64,000 nt of DNA from a virus (Duplodnaviria; Caudoviricetes): positions 32,001 to 96,000 of IMG/VR virus record IMGVR_UViG_2651870089_000025. One strand, given 5' to 3'. Below the pieces are notes generated by a model. That model searched no databases. It saw only the letters and a list, made by a program, of their open reading frames with translations, and was not told the origin of the DNA. Shown piece by piece: positions 26,663 to 37,045 of the stretch. The translations under genes and the position numbers were made by a program. Every line of letters begins with the position of its first letter. The first letter of the stretch is position 1.

Positions 26663-27519
26663 ACGAACGAGGGTATCTTATTATAGCCCAGAATAATCAA
26701 ACGCACGATTATACACGCATGGCTTATGCTCTTGCGTTAAGCATAAAGAACACACAATCAAAAGTCAAAGGCGTAAGCATAGCGTTGCCAGGATCAGAAT
26801 CGCATTTGTTATCGGAAAAGCAAAGTTGGATATTTGACAATGTGATAGAATTTCCATGGGGAGATGCCGCCGCATTAGCAGATTGGAAGATTAACAATAA
26901 ATGGAAGTATGCTCACTTTACACCGTATAAAGAAACTGTTATACTTGATGCTGACATGTTGTTTTTAAGTGACTACAGTCACTGGTGGGATACAATGTCT
27001 AGACAAGATATTATGGCTACAACAAATGTACTAACTTATCGTAACGAAGTTGCCAAAAGTACATATTATAGAAGAACATTTGTTAGTAATCAGTTGCCAA
27101 ACATTTATACAGCGTTTATGTATTTTAGAAAAAACAGTAAGATTATTTGGGAAGTGACTAAGTTAACACAAATAATTATGGAAAACTGGGAAGACTTTTA
27201 TTTAAAATATTTAGATGCTACTCGTCCTACTTGGCTAAGTGCCGATGTTGCGTATGCATTGGCAATAAAATTATTAGGAGTAGAGGATGAGTGTACAAGT
27301 AAAATTTTAACACCAACCTTTGTACATATGAAAACTCGCATGCAAGATACAGGAAATTTAGCTGACGAAGATTGGACAAAATACATACCAACTTATTTTA
27401 CTAACGATTGTAAGTTAAAAATTGGCAATTATCAACAGTATTATCCGTTTCATTATCATGTGAAAGAATGGCTTACAGATGATATAATTAAAAAATTAGA
27501 GGATGCGTCTGATGGGTGA
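26659..27519 (+). CDS. Glycosyltransferase-like protein (GT-A fold), paralogue of the preceding gene
   Basis: TPYKETVILDADML DxD motif; NIYTAFMYFRK; FVHMK; FHYH. GTG start overlaps the upstream stop. Confidence 0.7.
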   Translation: MNERGYLIIAQNNQTHDYTRMAYALALSIKNTQSKVKGVSIALPGSESHLLSEKQSWIFDNVIEFPWGDAAALADWKINNKWKYAHFTPYKETVILDADMLFLSDYSHWWDTMSRQDIMATTNVLTYRNEVAKSTYYRRTFVSNQLPNIYTAFMYFRKNSKIIWEVTKLTQIIMENWEDFYLKYLDATRPTWLSADVAYALAIKLLGVEDECTSKILTPTFVHMKTRMQDTGNLADEDWTKYIPTYFTNDCKLKIGNYQQYYPFHYHVKEWLTDDIIKKLEDASDG

Positions 27520-28072
27520 TCTATACGTTTATTTTAATGATAGCAACCAAATAGTTTCTGTATCTGGAAATAAAGATGTTACCTCGCCTAATCGTTATGC
27601 CGCATTTCCTGAAGATGAAGTTGCTGGCTTTATATTAGGTACAATGAATATGATGGAATATGTTGTACGAGAAAATCGGCAAACGGGTAAAGTAGTAATT
27701 GAAAAGAAAGTAACACAAGAAATATCAGTACGCACAGTTGATAATACGTTGTATGAAATACCAAAAAGCAATAACCAGTTTCAAATTAAAGTATTAAATA
27801 GTTTAAGCAACAATACTTTAACTTTTATTTTAGACAGCGGATTAAGAAATAGTTTAACACAAGCAGGGGACAGTATAACCATCAACGGTGTTAATACTTT
27901 ACATTTCTTTTTCACTGAACTTAATGATCCGCATTTTTTAAAGAAGCATGTTAGTTTTAGTGTTGAAGAATTTCTTAGCAAAGATATTGAAGTAGTATAT
28001 ACAGAAAATTTAACAAACGCAAGTGTATACACAAGAAGAATTTATGATGATTATATATATGAGGAAGTATAA
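27512..28072 (+). CDS. Hypothetical protein
   Basis: ORF overlaps the upstream stop and abuts the downstream start; likely start MGDLYV. No recognisable motif. Confidence 0.55.
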   Translation: MGDLYVYFNDSNQIVSVSGNKDVTSPNRYAAFPEDEVAGFILGTMNMMEYVVRENRQTGKVVIEKKVTQEISVRTVDNTLYEIPKSNNQFQIKVLNSLSNNTLTFILDSGLRNSLTQAGDSITINGVNTLHFFFTELNDPHFLKKHVSFSVEEFLSKDIEVVYTENLTNASVYTRRIYDDYIYEEV

Positions 28073-29014
28073 ATGGCAAAACATAGTTTAAATGAGTTTG
28101 ATGTTTTTTATATTAGTTTTGATGAACCAAACTGCGAAAAGAACTACGCAGATTTAGTTAACAAAATACCATGGGCACAACGCATACACGGTGTTAAAGG
28201 ATTTGATAGTGCCCATAAAGCAGCCGCCGAAGCAAGTCGAACAGATAGGTTTATTACAGTAGATGGTGATAACATTGTTGACGAGAGTTTTTGGAACGGC
28301 GAATTGGAAATAGATCCAGAGAGACATGAAAAATCAATCTGGAGTTGGAGTAGCAAAAATATTATTAATGGATTAGTATACGGTAACGGCGGCATTAAAC
28401 TATGGCCAAAAGAACCTACGCTTGCTATGAAAACACACGAGCATGCCGAAAACGAATCTGCCGCAATTGACTTTTGTTGGGACTTAGACTATCAGCAGAT
28501 GAACGACATTTATTGCATGAATCATCCTAACGGTAGTCCTTATCAAGCCTTCCGTGCAGGTTTTCGCGAAGGCGTTAAAATGTCGTTAGCAGACGGCAAA
28601 AAAGTAAACCCAGCGCCGGGAGAATTTGAAAAAGCAATATGGCATAAAAATTATACAAGACTTCTCATATGGGCAACAATAGGAGCAGATGTTGAAAATG
28701 GCAAGTGGGCAATATACGGAACCCGGCTTGGATGCGAGTTATGTAACTTAGACCCGGAGTTTAACCATCATAATGTAAGAGATTATGAATGGTTTAGAGA
28801 GTTTTATGATAGCCGCGTAGCATCGGTTGTTAATGATGATAATATAGATAGACACACCGTCAACGTTGGCGACACTTTACGTACTCGTTTGGGTATGCAG
28901 TTGGGCGAAGTGGATGCAAATGCAAGCAAGTTTTTTAAACGAGTATATGTAAATCCTCCACGTGTTGGGGTTAATGTTACAGAAAAATGGATGGAAAAAA
29001 ATAATTTAGCATGA
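28073..29014 (+). CDS. Glycosyltransferase-like protein (DxD)
   Basis: FYISFDEP..RIHGVKGFDSAHKAAA...FITVDGDN; NGLVYGNGGIKLW; AFRAGFREGVKM. Confidence 0.6.
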   Translation: MAKHSLNEFDVFYISFDEPNCEKNYADLVNKIPWAQRIHGVKGFDSAHKAAAEASRTDRFITVDGDNIVDESFWNGELEIDPERHEKSIWSWSSKNIINGLVYGNGGIKLWPKEPTLAMKTHEHAENESAAIDFCWDLDYQQMNDIYCMNHPNGSPYQAFRAGFREGVKMSLADGKKVNPAPGEFEKAIWHKNYTRLLIWATIGADVENGKWAIYGTRLGCELCNLDPEFNHHNVRDYEWFREFYDSRVASVVNDDNIDRHTVNVGDTLRTRLGMQLGEVDANASKFFKRVYVNPPRVGVNVTEKWMEKNNLA

Positions 29015-30390
29015 CAGATTTTTTTCTCGAAGATGTAAAAAATATTAAGAAAAAACTGGACTCTGTTAGCAGTAGTTTCTGCTTGGCTAAATGGTATCAA
29101 GTAACAATACATTTACAAAATGGGCATACACATAGTTGCCACCACCCCGGAACACACAAAGTTCCTGTTGATGAATTAACTAATAATCCAACCGCATTGC
29201 ATAATACGCAGTACAAGAAAGAACGCAGGAAAGAAATGCTCGAAGGTAAAAGGCCGGCAGAGTGTCAATATTGCTGGAATGTCGAAGATAGCTCTGGCGA
29301 AAATTATAGTGATAGACACATTAAAAGTGCCGCTATGTGGTCAGCACCATGGTTCAACGATGCAGTAAAAAATCCATGGGACGACAATCCAAATCCGCGT
29401 TATTTGGAAGTTAGTTTTGGTAATGTTTGTAATTTTAAATGTATGTATTGCTATCCTAACATTAGTAGTCAGTGGTATGAAGAAGCAAAGCAGTATGGAC
29501 CGTATCCTACAAGCCAGAACTTTGGAAGTTTACAACATTTGGAATATAAAGGCACAACACCGATCCTCGAACGAGAATATAATCCATATGTGGAAGCATT
29601 TTGGAAATGGTGGCCGGACTTATATAAATCTTTACATACATTTAGAATTACCGGCGGCGAGCCGTTGTTAAACAAGAACACCTTTAGGGTGCTTGAGGAA
29701 ATTAATAAAAACCCCAGGCACGAATTAGAGTTAGCAATAAACACAAATATGTGTGTGCCTGATAAAAACTTTGATGAATTTATTTCTTTAATAAAACCAG
29801 TAACAGAAAAACTTAACAATGTAAGTGTTTTTACAAGTGTAGAAGCAACACATAACAAAGCAGAATGGATAAGATATGGATTAGATTATAATAAGTTCTG
29901 GCAAAATATTTCTAAACTTCGTGCAGAAGTTCCAAAGTTACATATTGATTTTATGTGCACTTACAATGCGTTAAGTGTTACTAGCTTCGCTGATCTCTTA
30001 AAAAAAATATATGAAGTACGTTGTAGTTCTCCGCACAACGATCCATGGCATCCGCCGCTGATGGTGAGCGTACCGTACTTGCGTAATCCTCCGTTTTTAA
30101 CAGTTAAAATTTTAGACAGTAGTTTTGAGGGATATATTATTGAAAGTATTGAGTTTATGGAGTCTCATCGCGGCAACGATGACACGCCAGGATTTATAAG
30201 TCATGAGATAGAAATGATGAAGAGAATTTTAAGTTGGTTTAGAACATCAATTGATGTTGCGCAATTAAATGTAAATCGTGCAGATTTTGTTAAGTACGCA
30301 GACGAATACGATAAAAGACGAGGAACTAACTTTTTAGAAACGTTCCCAGAATACACAGATTTTTATAACACGAGTAAAACATTATGCTAG
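29011..30390 (+). CDS. Radical SAM enzyme with an N-terminal twitch/SPASM-like Fe-S domain
   Basis: CNFKCMYC motif and ITGGEPLL. N-terminal C..W...CHH...C..C cluster. Confidence 0.85.
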   Translation: MTDFFLEDVKNIKKKLDSVSSSFCLAKWYQVTIHLQNGHTHSCHHPGTHKVPVDELTNNPTALHNTQYKKERRKEMLEGKRPAECQYCWNVEDSSGENYSDRHIKSAAMWSAPWFNDAVKNPWDDNPNPRYLEVSFGNVCNFKCMYCYPNISSQWYEEAKQYGPYPTSQNFGSLQHLEYKGTTPILEREYNPYVEAFWKWWPDLYKSLHTFRITGGEPLLNKNTFRVLEEINKNPRHELELAINTNMCVPDKNFDEFISLIKPVTEKLNNVSVFTSVEATHNKAEWIRYGLDYNKFWQNISKLRAEVPKLHIDFMCTYNALSVTSFADLLKKIYEVRCSSPHNDPWHPPLMVSVPYLRNPPFLTVKILDSSFEGYIIESIEFMESHRGNDDTPGFISHEIEMMKRILSWFRTSIDVAQLNVNRADFVKYADEYDKRRGTNFLETFPEYTDFYNTSKTLC

Positions 30391-31112
30391 AAGTTTTTCA
30401 TTTAAGTTATTACGAACCGTTCGCTGACGAGACATACGAAAAGTTAAAACAGCGTGTGCCGTGGGCAAAGCGAGTGCAAAACATTAAAGGTATATTTTAT
30501 GGGCACAAAGAATGTGCAAGGCAATCTCTTACTACAATGTTTTATGTTGTTGATGCTGATGCAATATTAGAAGATAATTTTGATTTTACATATAGACCAA
30601 GTAGCGAGTTAGAGTATTGGGACGGTGTAAAACAAAACGAATGTATTCATGTATGGCGTTGTAAAAATTCTGTAAATGACTTAGTATATGGATACGGTGG
30701 TATAAAATTATTTCCTCGAGAACCAGTCAGGCGCGCAAAGGATTGGCATATTGATTTTACAACAAGTGTATCTGGTAAGTTTAAAGCAATGCCAGAGTTA
30801 AGTAATTCGACATATATTAACGCAGATCCGTTAACAGCATTTCAAAGTGGCTTTAGAGAATGTACAAAGTTAGCGGCACAAGTAATTAAAGATCCAGAAG
30901 GGCATTACGATAGTAGTAACGATCCTCGTATATTAGAGTGGATCAACATATGGTGCAGTAAAGGTGCAGATCGTCCCAACGGCGAATGGGCGATACTTGG
31001 TGCACAGAAAGGTCGCGAGTACGGCGAAGCAAACAAAGGCAATACCAACGCCTTGGATAAAATAAATGACAGAGACTGGATACGAGAACAGTTTGACAGT
31101 TTAAACAATTAG
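30384..31112 (+). CDS. Glycosyltransferase-like protein (DxD), paralogue of 28073-29014
   Basis: FHLSYYEP..RVQNIKGI..GHKECA...FYVVDADA; NDLVYGYGGIKLF; AFQSGFRECTKL. Confidence 0.6.
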   Translation: MLEVFHLSYYEPFADETYEKLKQRVPWAKRVQNIKGIFYGHKECARQSLTTMFYVVDADAILEDNFDFTYRPSSELEYWDGVKQNECIHVWRCKNSVNDLVYGYGGIKLFPREPVRRAKDWHIDFTTSVSGKFKAMPELSNSTYINADPLTAFQSGFRECTKLAAQVIKDPEGHYDSSNDPRILEWINIWCSKGADRPNGEWAILGAQKGREYGEANKGNTNALDKINDRDWIREQFDSLNN

Positions 31113-31121
31113 TGTTATAAT
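31093..31121 (+). promoter_or_regulatory. Sigma70-type promoter
   Basis: TTGACA-17 nt-TATAAT with an extended -10 TG; the ATG is 8 nt downstream. Confidence 0.75.
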
Positions 31122-31129
31122 AACTTACT

Positions 31130-32884
31130 ATGGAAGCACATGAAATATTAGACAGATACGAACTACTATACAGTAGCCAAGCACCTATTCTAAGCGACAT
31201 TCGTCGTGTTGTAGTAGACGAAGATTTAAGCAGTATTTTTAGAATTGCATCAGATATAACACAACATAAAGAGTTAGTCGATGAGTTTCGTAAGTCCGTT
31301 ATTGAAAAAAACCCACATGCAATATTTCGTGTTGTTTCTCTTTTGTCCGCTGGAAACGAACCACATGAACAGATTGTAGAAGATTTACGAAAAGCAGTAG
31401 TAGAAGAAAATCATCGATCAATATTTAGAGTGTTCGAGCATGCCGGTGTTGGTATAGATGATTTGCGTAAAGCAATGACAGAAAAAAATCATCGAGCGAT
31501 ATTTAGAGTTTTTGATTATTTCGATTCTTCGGATAAATTAGATGATCTGCGTAAAGCAATTATTGAGAAGAATCATAGATCGATATTTAGAGTTTTCGCT
31601 CAATACGGACTTACTACTGAATTAGAAGATTTACGAAAAGCCATGACAGAAAAAAATCTAAACGCAGTATTTAGAATTTTTGAGGAGCACAAGAATGCAG
31701 ACATTGACGATATTCGTAAAACTATCATAGAAGAAAATTTACATGCATTATTTAGATTATTAGAGCATTATGAGTTAGATATACCGTTAGATGATTTGCG
31801 CCGTGCAATAATTGAAGACAATTTACATTCATTATTTAGATTAATCAAAAACGAAGAAACGTTGCCTGCTGAAGATATACGTAAAGCAATAATAGAAGAT
31901 AACCTACATTCGTTATTTAGGTTAGTTGATACTTTAAATACAGGCGAAACGGCTGTGCTAATAGATGATGTACGCCGCAGTATTGCTGAAAAGAATTGGC
32001 ACTCAGTTTTTAGAACGTTAGATTATTTTCAACAAACGGATTTGTTACCACTTTCGATGCCAATTGAGGATTTACGCAAGGCTATAATAGAAGAGAATAT
32101 GCATTCAATTTTTAGAGTGTTGTCTCGTCTCGACGCTGAAAATAGAGAAATGAACAATTTGCGCCAAGCAGTAGTATTGAATTTCAATACTACAGTAGTA
32201 TTGAAAAAAATAGAGTCGTTGGTGGCAATGTTTATTGATAATCCACCTGCTTTATTTGATACTCTCCCTAGAGCAATACGCAATTTTCCTGAAGCAGAAT
32301 TGCGAGATGCATTTTCTAGAGGACAAGTTGCTAGTAAAAAATGGCTAGTTGAGGAGTTAGTAAAATTAGATTTGGACCTTGGTACGGTATTTTTGTGTGC
32401 TGGGTGGTACAGTTCCTTGGCATTATTATTATTTGAGTCAGGCCTGAAACTAGAAAAGATTAGATCGTTTGACATAGACCCAACTTGCTATAAAATTGCT
32501 GACACAATTAATAGACCATATGTTATGGACGCTTGGAAGTTTAAAGCACAAACCGGCGATATAACAGAAATTAATTACAGAGACGGTCATACATATGATA
32601 CAATAAAAAGCAACGGCGAGCCGCAAGAGTTGTATGATAAACCTGATACTGTAATTAATACAAGTTGCGAACACATTACAAATTTTTCCAAGTGGCACAG
32701 TTTAATACCAGTTGGAACTTTAGTTATTTTACAAACAAACGATTATTTTGAAATTGAAGATCACGTGAATTGCGTAAATGATATTGACGAGTTTAAACGA
32801 ATGGCTCCGCTTACTAATGTTTTATATGAGGGTGTATTAAATCTCGAAAAATATAATAGATATATGTTAATAGGATATCGTTAA
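31130..32884 (+). CDS. Helical-repeat protein fused to a class I SAM-dependent methyltransferase-like domain
   Basis: Eleven D(D/E)LRKA(I/V)(I/V)ExNxx(S/A)(I/L)FR repeats, then DAFSRGQVASKKWL, FLCAGWY, RSFDIDP, INTSCEH and LQTNDY. Confidence 0.7.
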   Translation: MEAHEILDRYELLYSSQAPILSDIRRVVVDEDLSSIFRIASDITQHKELVDEFRKSVIEKNPHAIFRVVSLLSAGNEPHEQIVEDLRKAVVEENHRSIFRVFEHAGVGIDDLRKAMTEKNHRAIFRVFDYFDSSDKLDDLRKAIIEKNHRSIFRVFAQYGLTTELEDLRKAMTEKNLNAVFRIFEEHKNADIDDIRKTIIEENLHALFRLLEHYELDIPLDDLRRAIIEDNLHSLFRLIKNEETLPAEDIRKAIIEDNLHSLFRLVDTLNTGETAVLIDDVRRSIAEKNWHSVFRTLDYFQQTDLLPLSMPIEDLRKAIIEENMHSIFRVLSRLDAENREMNNLRQAVVLNFNTTVVLKKIESLVAMFIDNPPALFDTLPRAIRNFPEAELRDAFSRGQVASKKWLVEELVKLDLDLGTVFLCAGWYSSLALLLFESGLKLEKIRSFDIDPTCYKIADTINRPYVMDAWKFKAQTGDITEINYRDGHTYDTIKSNGEPQELYDKPDTVINTSCEHITNFSKWHSLIPVGTLVILQTNDYFEIEDHVNCVNDIDEFKRMAPLTNVLYEGVLNLEKYNRYMLIGYR

Positions 32885-33975
32885 TGTATACTTATGATGA
32901 GATTAGAACAGTACATTTAGAAATTACACAACGTTGCCAAGCAGCTTGCCCTATGTGTGATCGTAACATGAACGGCGGAGCCGACAACCCCCATATGACA
33001 GATGCAGAACTATCAATTGGAGATGTGCAGAAGATTTTTAGTGTCCCGTTTGTACAGCAATTAAAAACCATGTATATGTGCGGTAACTTAGGCGATCCTA
33101 TTGTTGCTAAAGATACACTTGAAGTATTTGAGTATTTTAGAAAACACAACCCGGATATGTGGTTAAGTATGAACACTAACGCAGGTGCTAGAGAACCAGA
33201 ATGGTGGGAGCGTCTTGCCAAAATATACGGACGCATGGGCACAGTTATTTTTAGTGTCGACGGGTTACGAGATACAAACCATTTATATAGACAAAATGTA
33301 AATTGGGACATAGTTGAACGTAGTATGCGAGCATTTGTAGGAGCCGGTGGTAGAGCACGATGGGACTTTTTAATATTTGAACACAATGAACATCAAGTAG
33401 AAGAAGCAGAGGCACTTGCTAACGAAATAGGTTTTGAGAAGTTTACCAAAAAGAAAACAGGAAGATTTATTAGTAGTGCTACAAGTCAAGCAAAGGAAGA
33501 ACATCAATCGGTAAATCGCAAAGGGCAGGAAACACAAAACTTAACAAAACCTACTAAAGAAGAATATAAAAATAGAGCATTACTAAAGCAAGAAGAAATA
33601 ATCAAAACTTATGGTAGTATGTTGGAGTATTATAATACTTGTCAAATAAAATGTAAAGTTGCCAACGAGGATAAGAGTATTTTTATAACAGCCGAAGGAC
33701 TTCTTATGCCGTGTTGCTGGACTGCCGGACGCATGTACAAATGGTGGCATAAAGATTTTAGGGTTGAGCAGATATGGGATTTTATTGATCATGCAGGCGG
33801 TAAAGAAGGTATTGATGTAATTAACAACAATTTAGGGGATGTTATTAATAACAGCGGCTTGCTACAGGATATTACAAACAGTTGGTCTTTGAACAGTTTA
33901 GAGAAAGGTAAATTGGGGGTTTGTGCACAGAAGTGCGGAATAGAATTTGACCCATTTGGTGAGCAGTTTACTTAG
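32884..33975 (+). CDS. Radical SAM enzyme with a C-terminal SPASM/twitch-like domain
   Basis: CQAACPMC; CGNLGDP; FSVDGL; C-terminal C...ITAEGLLMPCCW...CAQKC. Confidence 0.85.
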   Translation: MYTYDEIRTVHLEITQRCQAACPMCDRNMNGGADNPHMTDAELSIGDVQKIFSVPFVQQLKTMYMCGNLGDPIVAKDTLEVFEYFRKHNPDMWLSMNTNAGAREPEWWERLAKIYGRMGTVIFSVDGLRDTNHLYRQNVNWDIVERSMRAFVGAGGRARWDFLIFEHNEHQVEEAEALANEIGFEKFTKKKTGRFISSATSQAKEEHQSVNRKGQETQNLTKPTKEEYKNRALLKQEEIIKTYGSMLEYYNTCQIKCKVANEDKSIFITAEGLLMPCCWTAGRMYKWWHKDFRVEQIWDFIDHAGGKEGIDVINNNLGDVINNSGLLQDITNSWSLNSLEKGKLGVCAQKCGIEFDPFGEQFT

Positions 33976-34396
33976 TATTTCTTCTATTGATAATTAAATC
34001 AAGTTTCTTTATATTATTCTTATTTTGCAAGATCAATTTAGTGCCAGCATGCAAAGGTTTTGGCCATGCACCGATATTAACCCACGCATAACCCACGTGC
34101 TCATCATTTAATTCTGGGTGAAATTCATTATTAATAGTACTTACAAAACTAGCATAGTTAAAACCGTCATCGTTGCTAACAAAGTTATCTAAAGGAACAG
34201 TTTTAATAATTTTAGGAAAATTTATTAATTCTTCTTTGAGTTCTCGTTCTAACGCACTACCTAGGGTTTCTCCCTCTTCAACTTTTCCACCAAAGAAACT
34301 CCACGTTAGTGGGTGAGAACTGTCTTCGGATCGTAAGCCTAAGAGTATACGATTAGTTTTTAGGCTTAAAAAAATAGTGCCTACTGCTTTTATCAT
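33968..34396 (-). CDS. Nudix hydrolase
   Basis: Nudix box GGKVEEGETLGSALERELKEEL; LNDEH..YAW; PLH. Confidence 0.85.
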   Translation of the reverse strand: MIKAVGTIFLSLKTNRILLGLRSEDSSHPLTWSFFGGKVEEGETLGSALERELKEELINFPKIIKTVPLDNFVSNDDGFNYASFVSTINNEFHPELNDEHVGYAWVNIGAWPKPLHAGTKLILQNKNNIKKLDLIINRRNTK

Positions 34397-34405
34397 TATA
34401 ATATA

Positions 34406-34594
34406 CTATACTTTTTTAGGTGTATATGTATATTTACATGATTTACAAAACCATTTGCCGCTTTTATTTGTAAACATCTCTTTACCGCACAAGCATTGTA
34501 CAAGCGTTTGTACGTCTTTTTTTACATCACTATCCGCCAGAACCCCGGGTAATACCTCCCCTGGTACGAGTCTAGCCATTGTGTTCCGTTCCAT
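34406..34594 (-). CDS. Possible small zinc-ribbon protein (start uncertain; overlaps the gp15-like 3' end)
   Basis: CLCGKEM...WFCKSCKY gives CxC/CxxC, and the ORF fills an otherwise empty gap. Confidence 0.35.
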   Translation of the reverse strand: MERNTMARLVPGEVLPGVLADSDVKKDVQTLVQCLCGKEMFTNKSGKWFCKSCKYTYTPKKV

Positions 34595-35910
34595 TTAAAT
34601 TGGTCTCCGGTGTAGTTATTTTGTATGTAAGTGATTTCCTCTGTTGCTGATGAATCAAAAAATACCACCCAACTACTTCCATTAAATTGAATAATGTCAT
34701 TTGTGTTTGCTACTAAGTTACCCCATGCTTGCGTTTCGTTTTCAACACCGGGTGCGCCAATGTCGTCTAGGATTAAATATCTTTGATTTGTTGTAGCAGC
34801 CGGTAATGTGCCATCGCCAGGATAACTTGCGTGTGGGTTAATAATTGCATTAACTGTAAAATCTGTTCCTGGCAATGTATCGGTGTCAACGGTGTAGTCT
34901 ACAACATTTCCAGTTCCTGTTGTTGTAATAGTTCCAATAATATCGTCTGGGTTTGTCTGAAGTTCTGGATCCTGATTAAGACGTAATCTAACTTGCGTTA
35001 CGCCTTCTTTTAAACCACCATATGGTTCTAAATAATCTACCCAACTTAATTCTTTACCGTCGCCGCGGTCATTTATACCAGCATGATTTAGTAATTTTAT
35101 TTGCCCATTGGAAACATTAATTGAGGCATTGCTCGGTGTAATAATATCGCGTGTTAGGAAGTCTTGTGTACCAAAGAAATCATAAGCATCCGGATCAAAG
35201 TCTTCGGGATAGTCGTTAATTTTATTTGTAATCTGATTAATAACACGTTGTTGATATACTTTTGCAGGAGGACTGATCCAAACCGGCATAGTAAATGTCA
35301 TAGATGCGATATCAATTGTAGAATCGATACCTTGTGGTACACCTCGAGAACTCCAACTAATGTCTGTTAGTTCAACAACAACAAGCGAAGTCCAGTCGAG
35401 TATATTTGTGCTACTTTGTAGTTCAATCGATGGATTAAACAAGACCATTATTTGTTCCATTAGTTGTAATTTTTGATCAGCATTGCTTGTCCATACATCT
35501 ACTTGCATAGTTAACGTATACGGAGTAGGCATTATTCTTTCTACACTATATCTATTGCCTACTTTGTTAGTATATTTTCCAGTTTCCTGGTCAAACTCTC
35601 GTTCTATAATCTGTTGTTTGTCAACGTACAAGGGATCTAATGTTCTAGATCTGTCAGGTTGTACTGTTAAAATATGTGAAGTAATAAACGGGCAAGAATT
35701 AACAACATTCTCGCTGTTGTTTCTTAAAATATGTCCTACCATACGTTGCATGTCTGCATATCTGCAAGGAACTTTAATAAACTTTTCTACACCATCTTTG
35801 CCTTTACCAGTTTTAACTAGTAAGCCACCAAACAACCGCATGAATTGTAGAATATATCTACGAAACTGTTCGTCGTAAAAATAACCTGCTTCTCTATATC
35901 TACTTGTCAT
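34522..35910 (-). CDS. Tail sheath stabiliser/terminator, T4 gp15-like, with C-terminal extension
   Basis: YFYDEQFRRYILQF.RLF; KVPCRYA; MPTPYTLTMQVDVW..N.DQKLQLMEQI.VLFNP. Confidence 0.75.
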   Translation of the reverse strand: MTSRYREAGYFYDEQFRRYILQFMRLFGGLLVKTGKGKDGVEKFIKVPCRYADMQRMVGHILRNNSENVVNSCPFITSHILTVQPDRSRTLDPLYVDKQQIIEREFDQETGKYTNKVGNRYSVERIMPTPYTLTMQVDVWTSNADQKLQLMEQIMVLFNPSIELQSSTNILDWTSLVVVELTDISWSSRGVPQGIDSTIDIASMTFTMPVWISPPAKVYQQRVINQITNKINDYPEDFDPDAYDFFGTQDFLTRDIITPSNASINVSNGQIKLLNHAGINDRGDGKELSWVDYLEPYGGLKEGVTQVRLRLNQDPELQTNPDDIIGTITTTGTGNVVDYTVDTDTLPGTDFTVNAIINPHASYPGDGTLPAATTNQRYLILDDIGAPGVENETQAWGNLVANTNDIIQFNGSSWVVFFDSSATEEITYIQNNYTGDQFKWNGTQWLDSYQGRYYPGFWRIVM

Positions 35911-35921
35911 ATTTTATCTCT

Positions 35922-37013
35922 TTAAAAATCCGTTTTAGGTTTTATTGTTCTACTTAAACCTTGTTTTGAAGATACAGTTGTATTTGTATTTCTATCAACA
36001 GTTGAATCGGCATTTTCAATAAAGGTTGTAAGTATTGTGTTAGCGGCTCTCCATACATGTCGTGTGTCATCCTCAACTTTGATCCATAGTTCGCTTTTTC
36101 TAATAAACAGTCTATGTGGGTTAAAATCTGTTCTTAAGAAATATGCACCTTCTGATGGATTTTGTGGAAATGTTTCGCCGCTTCCTACTACTGATGCACC
36201 GTTAGGGGGGGTTGCATCTGATGTCCACACAGATGGTTTGTGTGTTTCCTCGTCAATGAAAATATGTCCGCCTTCAAAGCCATGTTTGGGAACTTCGTTT
36301 TCGCCCTGTTCTAATATCGCCTCACTAATTTCAAGTTCGTTATTGTATGTACTTAGGATATGTTTTAGATCGTTTGCTTCGTCTCCGTCACCGAGTATGT
36401 CTCGATATTCCATTGTGTCAACTAGTGCATTACATTTTACACGAACAAGATGAGGCCACCAATTTGCATCGAATCCGGCTGCTTCTCTTATTACATCTTC
36501 GACTACATAAAATTTTCTTATCGGTCCTGCTGAATTATCTAAACCGGTGTCGTCGAGTAAGTGTGGCAATTCTAACACATCACCCGCCATAATTTTGCGA
36601 CCTAATATTGCCATAGTATCATTTAAGTGAAATGTCATGAAGATATTATCTTGTGCAAGAAATAGTCCAAACTGTGTTAAGTCAAAATCATTGTCAGCAG
36701 GAGAATATACACCGCGTAAATCGTAAACATTCTCGTCGTACTTGCGATCTCTGTTTTCTAAAAACAGCAGGTCTTGTATTTTTGTTTCAGCAACAATATT
36801 TTCTGTAGACTTTCTTTTACCATAATTAGGTTGTGTAACATCTTCTTGTTCTACAGTACCGTCTTCTAAAATTGTTTCGCCTTGATCGTAAACACCTACA
36901 TATTTGTGTACAAATACGCCTGTGCCACCTGCGTAGATATGCTCACCAACAATTCGGTCAATAAACTTATAATCATTTCCTTTAACAGGCTTCCAGAGTG
37001 ATAATCTAGGCAT
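35922..37013 (-). CDS. Neck/head-closure protein, T4 gp14-like
   Basis: IQDLLFLENRDRKY; DFDLTQFGLFL; LGRKIMAGDVLELPHL. Adjacent to the gp15-like gene, with a late promoter (GATAAATA, minus strand 37032-37039). Confidence 0.6.
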   Translation of the reverse strand: MPRLSLWKPVKGNDYKFIDRIVGEHIYAGGTGVFVHKYVGVYDQGETILEDGTVEQEDVTQPNYGKRKSTENIVAETKIQDLLFLENRDRKYDENVYDLRGVYSPADNDFDLTQFGLFLAQDNIFMTFHLNDTMAILGRKIMAGDVLELPHLLDDTGLDNSAGPIRKFYVVEDVIREAAGFDANWWPHLVRVKCNALVDTMEYRDILGDGDEANDLKHILSTYNNELEISEAILEQGENEVPKHGFEGGHIFIDEETHKPSVWTSDATPPNGASVVGSGETFPQNPSEGAYFLRTDFNPHRLFIRKSELWIKVEDDTRHVWRAANTILTTFIENADSTVDRNTNTTVSSKQGLSRTIKPKTDF

Positions 37014-37045
37014 AGTTAAATCCCTTTATTGTATTTATCGCTTTG

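Noticed and set aside
31193-32180. DNA-level repeats suggesting an array
   Set aside because: They are in-frame protein repeats with synonymous divergence.
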